A stretch of DNA of 64,000 bases from Histomonas meleagridis 2922-C6/04-290x (Eukaryota; Protista; Parabasalia): contig JAANOX010000190.1 of NCBI GenBank assembly GCA_020184695.1, positions 186,001-250,000 of the forward strand. Direction: 5' to 3'. The notes under the pieces are model-generated. The model had not been told where the DNA came from and made no database searches. It saw only the letters and a list, made by a program, of their open reading frames with translations. This document shows positions 54,459 to 64,000 of the stretch, piece after piece. Both the position numbers and the translations under genes were made by a program. How positions within the stretch are numbered: the stretch's first letter is position 1; each line of letters begins with the position of its first letter.

Positions 54459-56690
54459 TTATAGCTGCCTCAGCCTCTTCAGCAATGCATTTGTGTTGTA
54501 TGCCTTCTCTATTGCCCTTGCCTGTTCTTCTATATTCGGCACAGGTATTTCCGGAAGGGCAAAGTACCATTGATCGCCTCTTGACCCGTCACTTTCTTCA
54601 CACGCGTTCTCAGCTTGTTCATTCTCACAATTCTCATTTTCATAATTTTCAGGTTCCTCATTAACATAATTCTCAGTTTGTTCATTATCATAACTCACAT
54701 TATCCATATTAACATTTTGTGAATTTTCGCGTTGTCTTATTTCTTCCTGTGGAATTTGCACCGATATATCACTAAACAAATCCGATGCGTCGTCGTCAGG
54801 AATAACTTTTGCTTTCAAGTTACCATTTATGATTATAGCATAAAGGTCCATCATATGATTAATTGCTTTTCTCTTTATAAGCTTTGCCTTATGCATTTCG
54901 TTGATTTCTTTTTCGGGCCATTCCATTTCAAGTTTCGGTCCTCGATTCATTACAGTTTCGAAGAATGTTTCATATGCTTTACCGGAATCAATTCCATTAT
55001 TAGCAAATACAATTTTGCAAAGTGTTTTGTTCGATACAAGGAACTTCCCAAGTGCCAAAAGTCCTTGTGAACCAAAATCATTATTACTAACATCAAGGAA
55101 TTTAAGCGTTTGATTCTTTTTTAGATTAGAAAAAAGTATTTGTGCTGAATCTTCAAGTTGTGCATGTTTTGTTCCTTTTATTGTTAATGATTCTATTGTT
55201 TTCTTTGCATTTAGAAACTCTGTTAAAACATTTAATATGGAATTCGAATTAGATGAAAAACATCCGTTTAAAACTATTGTTGTGAGATTAGAACAAATAT
55301 GTAAATATTGGAATAATTGCGTTTGAACATTGTTTTCAGACCATATAAATTGAACAAGTGATTGACTTGGAGGAATGCTTTGGATTTTATGGTAAAATTG
55401 ATTCCATTGTTCAAGTTGAATATGAGACGATGACAAGGAAACCGTTAACTTTCTTGATGTTGGTTGGTGAGTCATAATAGTTTTGAAGATAGTCGAGAAA
55501 GATTGTCCTTCCCATGTAATGTCTTCGAGCATGATTGTGCTCAGTTGTAGAGGCAATTGTGGGGCCTGTAAATTAGTTGGAGCAGATCCTCCTTTGATTT
55601 CAAGATATTCTAGTTTTGTTCTGGATAATAATTGGCACAGCTTTCCAACATCTACATCACATTCAATGAGTGAAATTTTTTTGAGAGATGGAAGCATTTG
55701 AAAAATTGTATCTAAATTTAAATCTCGAGTTTTTTTGATTGTGAGTGCTTTCAAAGATAATAGCGCAAGACAAATTGATTCATACATTAAGAATTGTTGA
55801 AAAACAGGACCACACATTGAATTATCAAAATCAAGTTCTTCAAATGGAATTGATCTAAATAGTTTTTCCAAAACAGGGAAATGATCTACTTGGAAGTTAG
55901 CTCTGCAAAAAGTGATTTTTTTAAGTTTTCCTTGAGGATTAGAAGCTAATGCTTCTGCAACTCGTTCTAAGTCCTTTGATGCTGGATCATTAGTAACAAC
56001 ATGATTTAATGTTGTATTTCGCCGAAGGCAATTCGCTAATGAGGTCCAACATGGGGTATATTGAGCAATTGGAAGAATCAATGTGAAAATAGTTGGCTCG
56101 ATTTGAAGGCAATCAAGAAGTATATCAGTGAACCCATCGAAATTAGGTAATAAGCCTATGTCTAATGTGTGTGTTTTACATATAATTTTTGATAATCTTG
56201 TTTCAAGTGCTTTTGGAAATTTTTTGACATGAAGTAATCGCAGCTGGAACCTAAATCGATTAATGAAAGCTTCATGTTGATGTTCAACTTCAGTAAAAGA
56301 ATCATCTAAATTAACAAATTCAGGATATTCAGATGGAATTAAAACATTCTTGATATGCTTAATTATTAACTTAAGAAGGTATTCAGCTCCACGGTGAGTG
56401 ATCGTATATGTTTCAATATTGGACGATCCTGAGAATATGAAGGTTTCTTTATCAACAAGTTCGATTTTTTTGAGATTGTTCCAAAAAAGTTGACCAACTA
56501 CAGAGAGGTTTTTGGAAAATGTTCCTCTCTCAAGAATGAAAAATCCAAATTCTGAAACAAGCATACATGCATTTATTTTTTTGTTTTTTCTTCCTGTATG
56601 GATTACATTAACACAACATATAACTTTTTCGTCTTCAAGGAGTCCTGCAATTGGAGCAACAGCATCCAAAAGATCCCTTTCTATTTCCAT
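54459..56690 (-). CDS. Leucine-rich repeat protein (RNI-like; CARMIL-like architecture)
   Basis: N-terminal PH-like region, LKFLDVSNNDFGSQGLLALGKFLVSNKTL and an acidic tail. Start at ATG 56690. Confidence 0.75.
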   Translation of the reverse strand: MEIERDLLDAVAPIAGLLEDEKVICCVNVIHTGRKNKKINACMLVSEFGFFILERGTFSKNLSVVGQLFWNNLKKIELVDKETFIFSGSSNIETYTITHRGAEYLLKLIIKHIKNVLIPSEYPEFVNLDDSFTEVEHQHEAFINRFRFQLRLLHVKKFPKALETRLSKIICKTHTLDIGLLPNFDGFTDILLDCLQIEPTIFTLILPIAQYTPCWTSLANCLRRNTTLNHVVTNDPASKDLERVAEALASNPQGKLKKITFCRANFQVDHFPVLEKLFRSIPFEELDFDNSMCGPVFQQFLMYESICLALLSLKALTIKKTRDLNLDTIFQMLPSLKKISLIECDVDVGKLCQLLSRTKLEYLEIKGGSAPTNLQAPQLPLQLSTIMLEDITWEGQSFSTIFKTIMTHQPTSRKLTVSLSSSHIQLEQWNQFYHKIQSIPPSQSLVQFIWSENNVQTQLFQYLHICSNLTTIVLNGCFSSNSNSILNVLTEFLNAKKTIESLTIKGTKHAQLEDSAQILFSNLKKNQTLKFLDVSNNDFGSQGLLALGKFLVSNKTLCKIVFANNGIDSGKAYETFFETVMNRGPKLEMEWPEKEINEMHKAKLIKRKAINHMMDLYAIIINGNLKAKVIPDDDASDLFSDISVQIPQEEIRQRENSQNVNMDNVSYDNEQTENYVNEEPENYENENCENEQAENACEESDGSRGDQWYFALPEIPVPNIEEQARAIEKAYNTNALLKRLRQL

Positions 56691-57984
56691 TTTCCCCAAA
56701 GTACACTACTGAATTTTTGAATGCAATTGAATCGCATTGTAATTCTTTTTTTGTGAGTGATGAAATCTATACGTATTCAAAATTGATTGTGTTTTGGAAT
56801 ATTTTTTCAATTTTGAATGTTTAATAACCGATACAACTGTGAGGCACAATGAAATCATATTTTCTTCACAATGAAATTAATTTACTTTTTAATGTGCCCA
56901 TACTTAAAAATCGACATCTGCGCAATTATTACACACATGTCTATATGAAAAATTTGAATATTTTTATTGCATTATAAAATGGATCTTAATTACGACATTT
57001 CAAAATTACACCTAAAAATGTATGGGAAAATTCGTAATCATAATTGAAGAATTTGGAATGATTGATATAATGATTTGTGATGAACCAACCTAAGTTACAA
57101 AAAGCAAAAAAAATGAAACTGTTTATTATCAATGTGTTTGTTTTGGCCTTGTCGGTGCTTGGCATTACAAGTCAAGAGAGTTCAAATTCATTACCACAAT
57201 AAACACAATGCATACACCAACTACTGCAATCACAAAAATAGCTATGACGAAAGAAATTAATTGGGGACATTATTTTCAAAATTAAGGAGCATAGCATTTT
57301 TTTAGAGCTATCAATTCTACGAAACATTAAGCATTTGTGGTGATCCATAGGTTGATACAAAATTTGCAAAATTGAATTTTAAAATAAATATACAAAATTT
57401 AATATAAATATTACATCATCCAAAGCCTAAGCTCACATGGCTATCATAGAAAGTATGTGTTCGAGTGATCTGGATGCTTCTCACACAATATAAATGATAT
57501 TTTGTTACTTCAAAATCAGTTGGATGGTTATTATTCAGAGCGAAATTAAATTGAATCGAATTGGGTTGACAAATAAATTTCATTATATCCAAGTAGTAAT
57601 AAAAATTTCCTTCGATTACATGAAATGTGTTGATATTCATAATATATATTCAATAATTAGATTTGTATTATCTGGTGTATATATTTACAATAGGTATTAG
57701 TATTAAAGTTAGAAAAATTTGAAATAGTTTTTGTTGGGTTCCGCCAAAATTCACGAAATCCTGGCGGTTGCTGTAATTCAATTGAATGAAACAACACCAA
57801 AATTCAATAAAGTTGTTGTAAAAACAATGCTTCAAAAAAATCGCTTTTGATTTTGGGTTGTTGTCAAATTCAATTTCAATTACAACGGCTCGTTTCGAAC
57901 CGATTCTGTTCAATTTTTTATCAAAAAATTCAATTTCTGAACGAATTCAAATATTAACGGTTTACTATAATTCTGTCCATTATC

Positions 57985-59604
57985 ATGATTCTTGCTCTGC
58001 TCATAATGCCTTCATTTCAAGAATATTTTGATGACAACTCCACTTTAATAGTATATGAGCAAGAAGATCTTGTGAATTCAAGTGATATTAATCACATTTT
58101 CATATATGGCGGAGTTACAGATATTGGATCATGGAAATTCGAAGATAACATTAACCTGTTGACAATATACATAGGAGATTCTGTCGAAACAATTAGGCAA
58201 GGGGCATTTTTTCGATGTTCAAATTTGTCATCAGTTACGTTCGGTAATTCGATCACAACAATAGCTGAATATGCTTTTAGTGAATGCAAAACCTTATTCA
58301 ATGTTACATTACCTGATGCAGTGACTTTTCTTGGAACTGTAGCATTTGCTTATTGCTCAAATTTGACACTTTTAGTTCTCAGCAAGCAACTTCAAGCGAT
58401 TCAAGAACGAACATTTAAATTTTGTGCGAATTTGCAAAGTGTTACTATTCCTGATTTAGTAACATTTATAGGTGAAGAAGCTTTTTATGATTGTCCAAGC
58501 TTAACAACATTAACCATAGGGGAAAATGTGAGGACAATTGGAGATAGAGCATTTAAGAATTGCAACAATTTACTTAATGTTACGATTCCGGATTCAGTTA
58601 CTTCAATAGGCCAAGAGGCGTTCTATAATTGCACAAGTTTAATTACATTAATCATTGGAGATGGCCTTACGGAACTTCGAGGTGACAAATTTATGTATTG
58701 TTCAAATTTAGAAACACTTATCATTGGAGATAACATTACATCGATTGGATCCGAATCATTCGATGGATGCGTAAACTTAAAAACAGTTATACTTGGAGAA
58801 AGTGTTGAATCTTTTGGTGTTCGAGCATTCCGCGGCTGCACCAACATCGAAACAATTTATTTTTACGGATATAACCAGCCAACGTTTGGATCAGAGTCAT
58901 TTCTTAATGTTAATGCAATAGTTATAACTAATGATGAATACGAAGGAACATTTAATGGAATGACAACAATCAAAATCGGAGATCTAAACCCGATGCAGAC
59001 ATTCACAAGTTCGAACACATATTCTCAATCAGACACTTACACCAAGTCGAACACATATACGAAATCAAATACATTCATAAGTTCGGATACATTCACACGT
59101 TCGAATGCATTCACGACTTCTTATAATGTCGATTTCACGCTCACAGTTACGTATTTGTTATCAGTCACAAACTCGTTTTCTATATATAATTCCACGAAGT
59201 TGAACACATTCACTTTGTCATTACTTGAGTCTGCGCGTACTTATGTTCCGATGGTGATTATAATCTATGAGTATACAATTGTTCGGTATCCGACGTATTA
59301 CGAATATTATTCCAATTTCTTTATAGCTGCGAATGATAATTTGGAGGATGTCAACGATAACAAAACGAGTCTTCACGTTATTGTCGGAGTTGTTATCGCT
59401 GTTGTTGTTGCATTTGTGATTGCTATAGTTTTTGTTGTTGTGATGCGTAAGCAGAAATATGTTTCATCAGAGATATCGAACAAAGATGAAAAGCAGAACA
59501 AAGTCGAAATGATGGATACTGTTTCGGGATTATCGCTCGATCATATTGGAGAAGATCCATTCGCAACTGATTTCCAAGAGGAAAATTTATTTAATATAAC
59601 TTAA
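57985..59604 (+). CDS. BspA-like (TpLRR/LRR_5) surface protein, copy 3, intact
   Basis: Signal peptide, about ten TpLRR repeats, SNTY/SNTF stalk, TM VIVGVVIAVVVAFVIAIVFVVVM and tail GEDPFATDFQEE. Confidence 0.9.
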   Translation: MILALLIMPSFQEYFDDNSTLIVYEQEDLVNSSDINHIFIYGGVTDIGSWKFEDNINLLTIYIGDSVETIRQGAFFRCSNLSSVTFGNSITTIAEYAFSECKTLFNVTLPDAVTFLGTVAFAYCSNLTLLVLSKQLQAIQERTFKFCANLQSVTIPDLVTFIGEEAFYDCPSLTTLTIGENVRTIGDRAFKNCNNLLNVTIPDSVTSIGQEAFYNCTSLITLIIGDGLTELRGDKFMYCSNLETLIIGDNITSIGSESFDGCVNLKTVILGESVESFGVRAFRGCTNIETIYFYGYNQPTFGSESFLNVNAIVITNDEYEGTFNGMTTIKIGDLNPMQTFTSSNTYSQSDTYTKSNTYTKSNTFISSDTFTRSNAFTTSYNVDFTLTVTYLLSVTNSFSIYNSTKLNTFTLSLLESARTYVPMVIIIYEYTIVRYPTYYEYYSNFFIAANDNLEDVNDNKTSLHVIVGVVIAVVVAFVIAIVFVVVMRKQKYVSSEISNKDEKQNKVEMMDTVSGLSLDHIGEDPFATDFQEENLFNIT

Positions 59605-59966
59605 GGACATTTTGCGTCTTCTTTGTGTGTAATTTTGGCGTTTTTTATGTTGTAACATGTTGCGAATTATGCGCAAGATGAAAATGTTTATTTTGTATTC
59701 ATAATTTACAAGAAGAATCCAATGTTGAACAACATATTAAATTTACATTAAGTGAGAAAAGCCTAAATTTTCCAATTCAAAACATAATGGATGAATTTGA
59801 TCCAAATTTTTCATATTTATATAAAATAATTATCGATAATTTAGTTTATTGTCGATTTTATTCAAATGTTTAAGTATGGTATTTATATAATTTTTTGAAA
59901 TATTTCTTATTCACAAAAGGAATTCTATGGATTTATTCTTTGAAACAATGTTTTAGTTCTCCTTAC

Positions 59967-60574
59967 TTAGTGATTTAGTGATTTAACTGTGAAGCGATTT
60001 CCGATGTAATTACCATTGGCTATTTCATCAATCATTGCAACAGCATAATCAGAATTTGATATTTTGCTTTCACCTTTTTATATGAATATTGTTTCATTAC
60101 CACTTAACCTAAACTTACCTTGTTTTTCACCTGGATAAATTTCCATTGATGAGCATAATACTGTTCCTGGAACAACCTTTTGCTCCAAAACAAGTGTAAG
60201 CAATTTAGCATATATGCTGGTGGGAAATCCATATTTCGAGTACCATTAGTTATGAGTGTACCTGCACCACCAACAGCAAGAAGACGACGTGCATCAACTT
60301 TTTTAGCTGCTTCAATTATATTCTTTGTTGAATTCACTTGAAGTTCTTCCATTTTTTCAAATGTTGAATTTTTTGGTTGACAGTAAACATGAACAGCAAT
60401 TTCAACGCCTTTTAATGCATTTTCAAGTTCATGTAAATTAAAAATGTCTACTGAAACATATGTGCATTTTCCTTTTGGTAATTCTTTTGATGGATTCCTG
60501 CTAATATCTATCGAATCATAGCCTCTTGAAACAGTTTTTTCGAATATGTTAGCACCAATAACAGCAACTTTCAT
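59967..60574 (-). pseudogene. Degraded bacterial-type NAD(P)-binding oxidoreductase (YwnB/NADH-flavin reductase-like)
   Basis: MKVAVIGA with a deleted GxxG, RRLLAVGGAGTL, and an out-of-frame terminal GESKISNSDYAVAMIDEIANGNYIGNRFTV. Confidence 0.75.
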
Positions 60575-61192
60575 ATTAAGAAATGGAGTGATTCTTTCTT
60601 CGCACCCAAACTTGAATGCTCGACGACTGGCTGGACGCTGATTGCAATTTGTCAAAATCAAGCAATTATTGCCAAAAATTAATATGAATGATTTTAAAAT
60701 CTTTAACTGTAATTCAAAATGTTTTTATTATTATATTATATATATTGATCAAATTTAAATTCAATTCACATTTGTTATATTAATATAAATATTATTATAT
60801 ATTGCTTTCAATAAATTCAATAAATAACACATTTAATGGATATTTTTTAAAAAATATCAAAATAACGAATTCCAATCATTACTAAAATTTTTTAATAAGG
60901 TATCATGAATTGATGTATCAGAAACAGCGAGGTCAAGCAAAGCCCAAAGCATGCTTACCAAGTTTATTTTATATTTCATGTCATTCGGCTCGTTCAATTC
61001 CGTTCAATATTGAAAAAGTTGTTCAAAGGATTTGCGAGGTTTTATCGGATAATTTACCGCAACCGATCAAGTGAAAAATCGGTAGTTGACACAAAAATGA
61101 AAGGAGACCTTTTTTTTTCTCAATTATCTAATGTCAGTTCAATTGAAACTCATTCAAAAATGCTTGAAATTTTCATCACTTCACTTGTCTGA

Positions 61193-61675
61193 ATGCAGCT
61201 ACATTTACGTGTGCTTGAAGCATTAGATATTGCCAAAATGGACATCAGCAAGTCCGATCCTTATTGCGTAATTAATGTAAGTTGTTCAAATGATACAAGG
61301 AAAACAAGAGTAATCGAAAATTCTCTTAAACCTATGTGGAATGAAGAATTCCATTTTAATATTCCAAGCCCTGCAAACACTACGCTCAAAATTTTAATGC
61401 GTGATGAGGATGTTCTTAAGGATGATGATATGGCAACACTTCAGGTTTAACTTTGCTCACTTCCAGTTGGTCAAGAAGTAGACCAATGGTATGATATGAT
61501 CCCATGTGCAAAGGTTAAGAAGGGAGGACGTATTCATCTCGTATTACATCTTGCTCCCAATGGTGCACCAGCATTCCAAAGTGCTCCTCCTCCACACGGT
61601 CCTCCACATGGTGGACCAGACCTTCTAGCAAGTGGACCTCCATTTCCTGGTCCTGTTCTTGGACGACCATGGTAA
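61193..61675 (+). pseudogene. C2-domain protein with Pro-rich tail; single in-frame TAA at 61448-61450
   Basis: LHLRVLEA...SDPYC...KTRVIENSLKPMWNEEF; continues in frame after the stop as LCSLPVGQEVDQWYDMIPCAKVKKGGRIHLVLHLAP...RPW. Confidence 0.8.
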
Positions 61676-62156
61676 AACTAAGTAAATCCAAACACAATTC
61701 CATTCTTTTTATTAGAAGAAAAGGAAGAAAATTTTTAAATATTTTTGTAAAAAAATATTTGATTTAAATACAGATTTTGCTTAAGAACTTATATATGCAT
61801 CTACAAAATTGTACAATTTTTTGTTGCATTTCTTCTTAAAATGAACACTATTAATAGTACTAATAATTAAATTTGAATTTGAAAATATAAGACCATTTAT
61901 GGAATGAACAAAGAAGAAGGTTAAAATTCTATAAGCTTAATGATAATCTTTATTTATTTTCTAAATTATAAAGATGATGATCATCAAAAAAAATTTATAA
62001 TCAATATTTTTTAATATCACTTAAAAAATAAAATCAAATTAGTTTAAATAAAGAAATAAGTCCATGGTTTGATATTAATATGTTTTTTATTTCCCAAAAT
62101 CCAAGCTGGAAAAAATAGAATTGTAACGTGCTGTCACTTTTCGGTTATCATTTAAA

Positions 62157-63083
62157 ATGTCATGGCTTTCTGATCTTGATCAACTTATTGAGAAGCTTCG
62201 ACGCTGCGAGTATCCTTCTGAGGGCGAAGTTCAAATTCTATGCCAAAAGGCAATTGAGGTACTTGCTGATGAACCTACAGTTAAAATGGTACCTGCACCA
62301 GTTACAATTTGCGGTGATATTCATGGACAGTTTTATGATTTACGCGAATTATTCTTTGTTGGAGGAAATCCACCTGAAACAAATTATTTATTTATGGGCG
62401 ATTATGTTGATCGTGGATTTTATTCTTTAGAAACTTTTCTTCTACTTCTAGCATTGAAAGTTCGATACCCATCGAGAATGACAATGCTTAGAGGTAACCA
62501 TGAATCACGTCAAACAACTCAAGCATATGGTTTTTATGATGAATGTTTAAGGAAATATGGTAATCCGAATGTATGGAAAATGTGTACAGATGTGTTTGAT
62601 TGTCTTACGTTATCAGCTGTTGTTGAAGGCCGCATTTTTTGTGTTCATGGAGGATTATCACCATCTATTACTTCATTAGATCAACTAAAAGCCCTTGAAA
62701 GAAGGCAAGAAATTCCTCATACTGGAGCAATTAGTGATCTCCTTTGGAGTGATCCAGAAGATTCAATTGAAGGATTTACAATTTCACCAAGAGGAGCTGG
62801 ATATATCTTCGGACCCGATGTTGTCATGCATTTCAATCAGCAAAATAATCTTGAACTTGTTGCACGTTCACATCAGCTTGTTATGGAAGGATTCAAGTTG
62901 ATGTTCAACGATCAACTTGTAACGGTTTGGAGTGCCCCAAATTATTGCTATCGTTCTGGTAACGTCGCTTCAATTTTGGAAGTTGATGATACAATGGCTA
63001 AAAGTTTCAAAATATTTGAAGCTGCGCCTCAAAGCGAACGTGGAGGTGTTCCAGAAAGAACTCTTCCGGATTACTTCCTTTAA
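62157..63083 (+). CDS. PPP4C: Ser/Thr phosphatase, PP2A family, PP4 catalytic-like
   Basis: [39 protein letters not shown] and C-terminal DYFL; N-terminus [14 protein letters not shown] is PP4-like. Confidence 0.9.
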   Translation: MSWLSDLDQLIEKLRRCEYPSEGEVQILCQKAIEVLADEPTVKMVPAPVTICGDIHGQFYDLRELFFVGGNPPETNYLFMGDYVDRGFYSLETFLLLLALKVRYPSRMTMLRGNHESRQTTQAYGFYDECLRKYGNPNVWKMCTDVFDCLTLSAVVEGRIFCVHGGLSPSITSLDQLKALERRQEIPHTGAISDLLWSDPEDSIEGFTISPRGAGYIFGPDVVMHFNQQNNLELVARSHQLVMEGFKLMFNDQLVTVWSAPNYCYRSGNVASILEVDDTMAKSFKIFEAAPQSERGGVPERTLPDYFL

Positions 63084-63506
63084 GGAGTTGAGACACAACT
63101 GTTGATGTTGGTACAATACAATTAATCAAAATATTAGTATTAAGTATAAATTCCTATCCACGCAAATGAATTCTTTGATCATTTATAATCTTTTATAGAG
63201 AAAAAGTGAAATCCGAAAATATTTGACACAATTATTCATATCAAGTCATTGAATTTCAAGTGAATAAAATTTTTTTAACAACAAATCTTTTCAGCTTTCA
63301 TTATATTATTTAAAAGTGCTGTTAAAAGCATTTTATTCTTGTGTTTTGCTTGTACACTTTAAATATCGATTGAAAGATTCGATGATTGAATTAAAAAAAT
63401 TTAAAGAAAACAATAGGCTTATTATCTTTTAACCGTATGAATTTTAACTTTTGTATTGGCCGATGTGTATTTGGTAAAGGTCTTCAATTATATTTCATCT
63501 TGAAAA

Positions 63507-63905
63507 ATGAAAATCCTTCAATTCCTCCTCATTTTGCAGGTCTCAAAGCAATTTATAACTCATATGAAGCTTAAATCTCCATTTTTCAAACAAATAAAAT
63601 TTTTGCATATGCCAAAAGGCAGAAACAAAGAAGAACTTGCTCATGCTCATAACGTGGATGTTCCAATCTTTGAAACCATAACCAAAAAAAAATTAATTTT
63701 TTGCAATATTTCCACAGAGTTCACCAAATGTCATTTAGATGCAAAACTCATCTTAAAAAATATATGTGCGATGCCAATGAACCATGTTTTAATTCCCAAG
63801 CAAAAACTTTTAGAATCAGATTTTACAATATCTCATAAACAATCAAGTGAAATCATTACATTTGATCAAGCTATCCTTCCCCTACAAACAGTGGACCAAC
63901 GATAG
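63507..63905 (+). other. Possible degenerate ORF of unknown function
   Basis: 132-aa ORF without a recognisable motif. Confidence 0.2.
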
Positions 63906-64000
63906 CGGCTTATATCAAATTCCTTCAGAAAAAAGTTTATCAAAAAGATGATGAATTGAAAACAAAAGAAAACAAAACTAAAAATTTTTAGTTCATTTTT

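Noticed and set aside
57172-57913. Short ORFs between the LRR and BspA genes
   Set aside because: Low-complexity AT-rich frames without motifs or typical codon bias.
61448-61450. Genome-wide TAA reassignment
   Set aside because: RPL32, alpha-actinin, PP4, UTP13 and others terminate at TAA at their expected C-termini.

Overview
AT-rich, nearly intron-free eukaryotic DNA of a parabasalid protist (Trichomonas/Tritrichomonas/Histomonas-like). The assignment rests on BspA-type LRR surface proteins, DUF3447-type ankyrin genes, a trichomonad-type alpha-actinin, a cysteine-poor small-Tim-like ORF and Inr/M3/M5-like core promoters; the species cannot be fixed from sequence alone. Intact single-copy housekeeping genes include RPL32, ProRS, two Sec1/Munc18 proteins, RNase H2B, Utp13, an eIF4G-like gene, exportin-7, dCTP deaminase, a PQ-loop protein, an L-type lectin, PP4c and tRNA-Leu(TAA). 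They are interleaved with young accessory material: tandem BspA copies, three LysM-GH19-like paralogues whose catalytic Glu is replaced by Lys, a Merlin/IS1016-type transposon with an 8-bp TSD, and four ankyrin loci. The standout feature is the ankyrin loci. Each ankyrin repeat is a stop-free 90-nt coding unit, separated from the next by a conserved AT-rich spacer of usually 80 or 83 nt. The spacer sits at the same point of the beta-hairpin, breaks the reading frame, often carries stops and lacks conserved GT-AG or ACTAAC signals. This suggests a non-canonical intron class, a recoding mechanism or a silent repeat-cassette library. Many frameshifts in duplicated genes fall in homopolymer runs and may be assembly errors.
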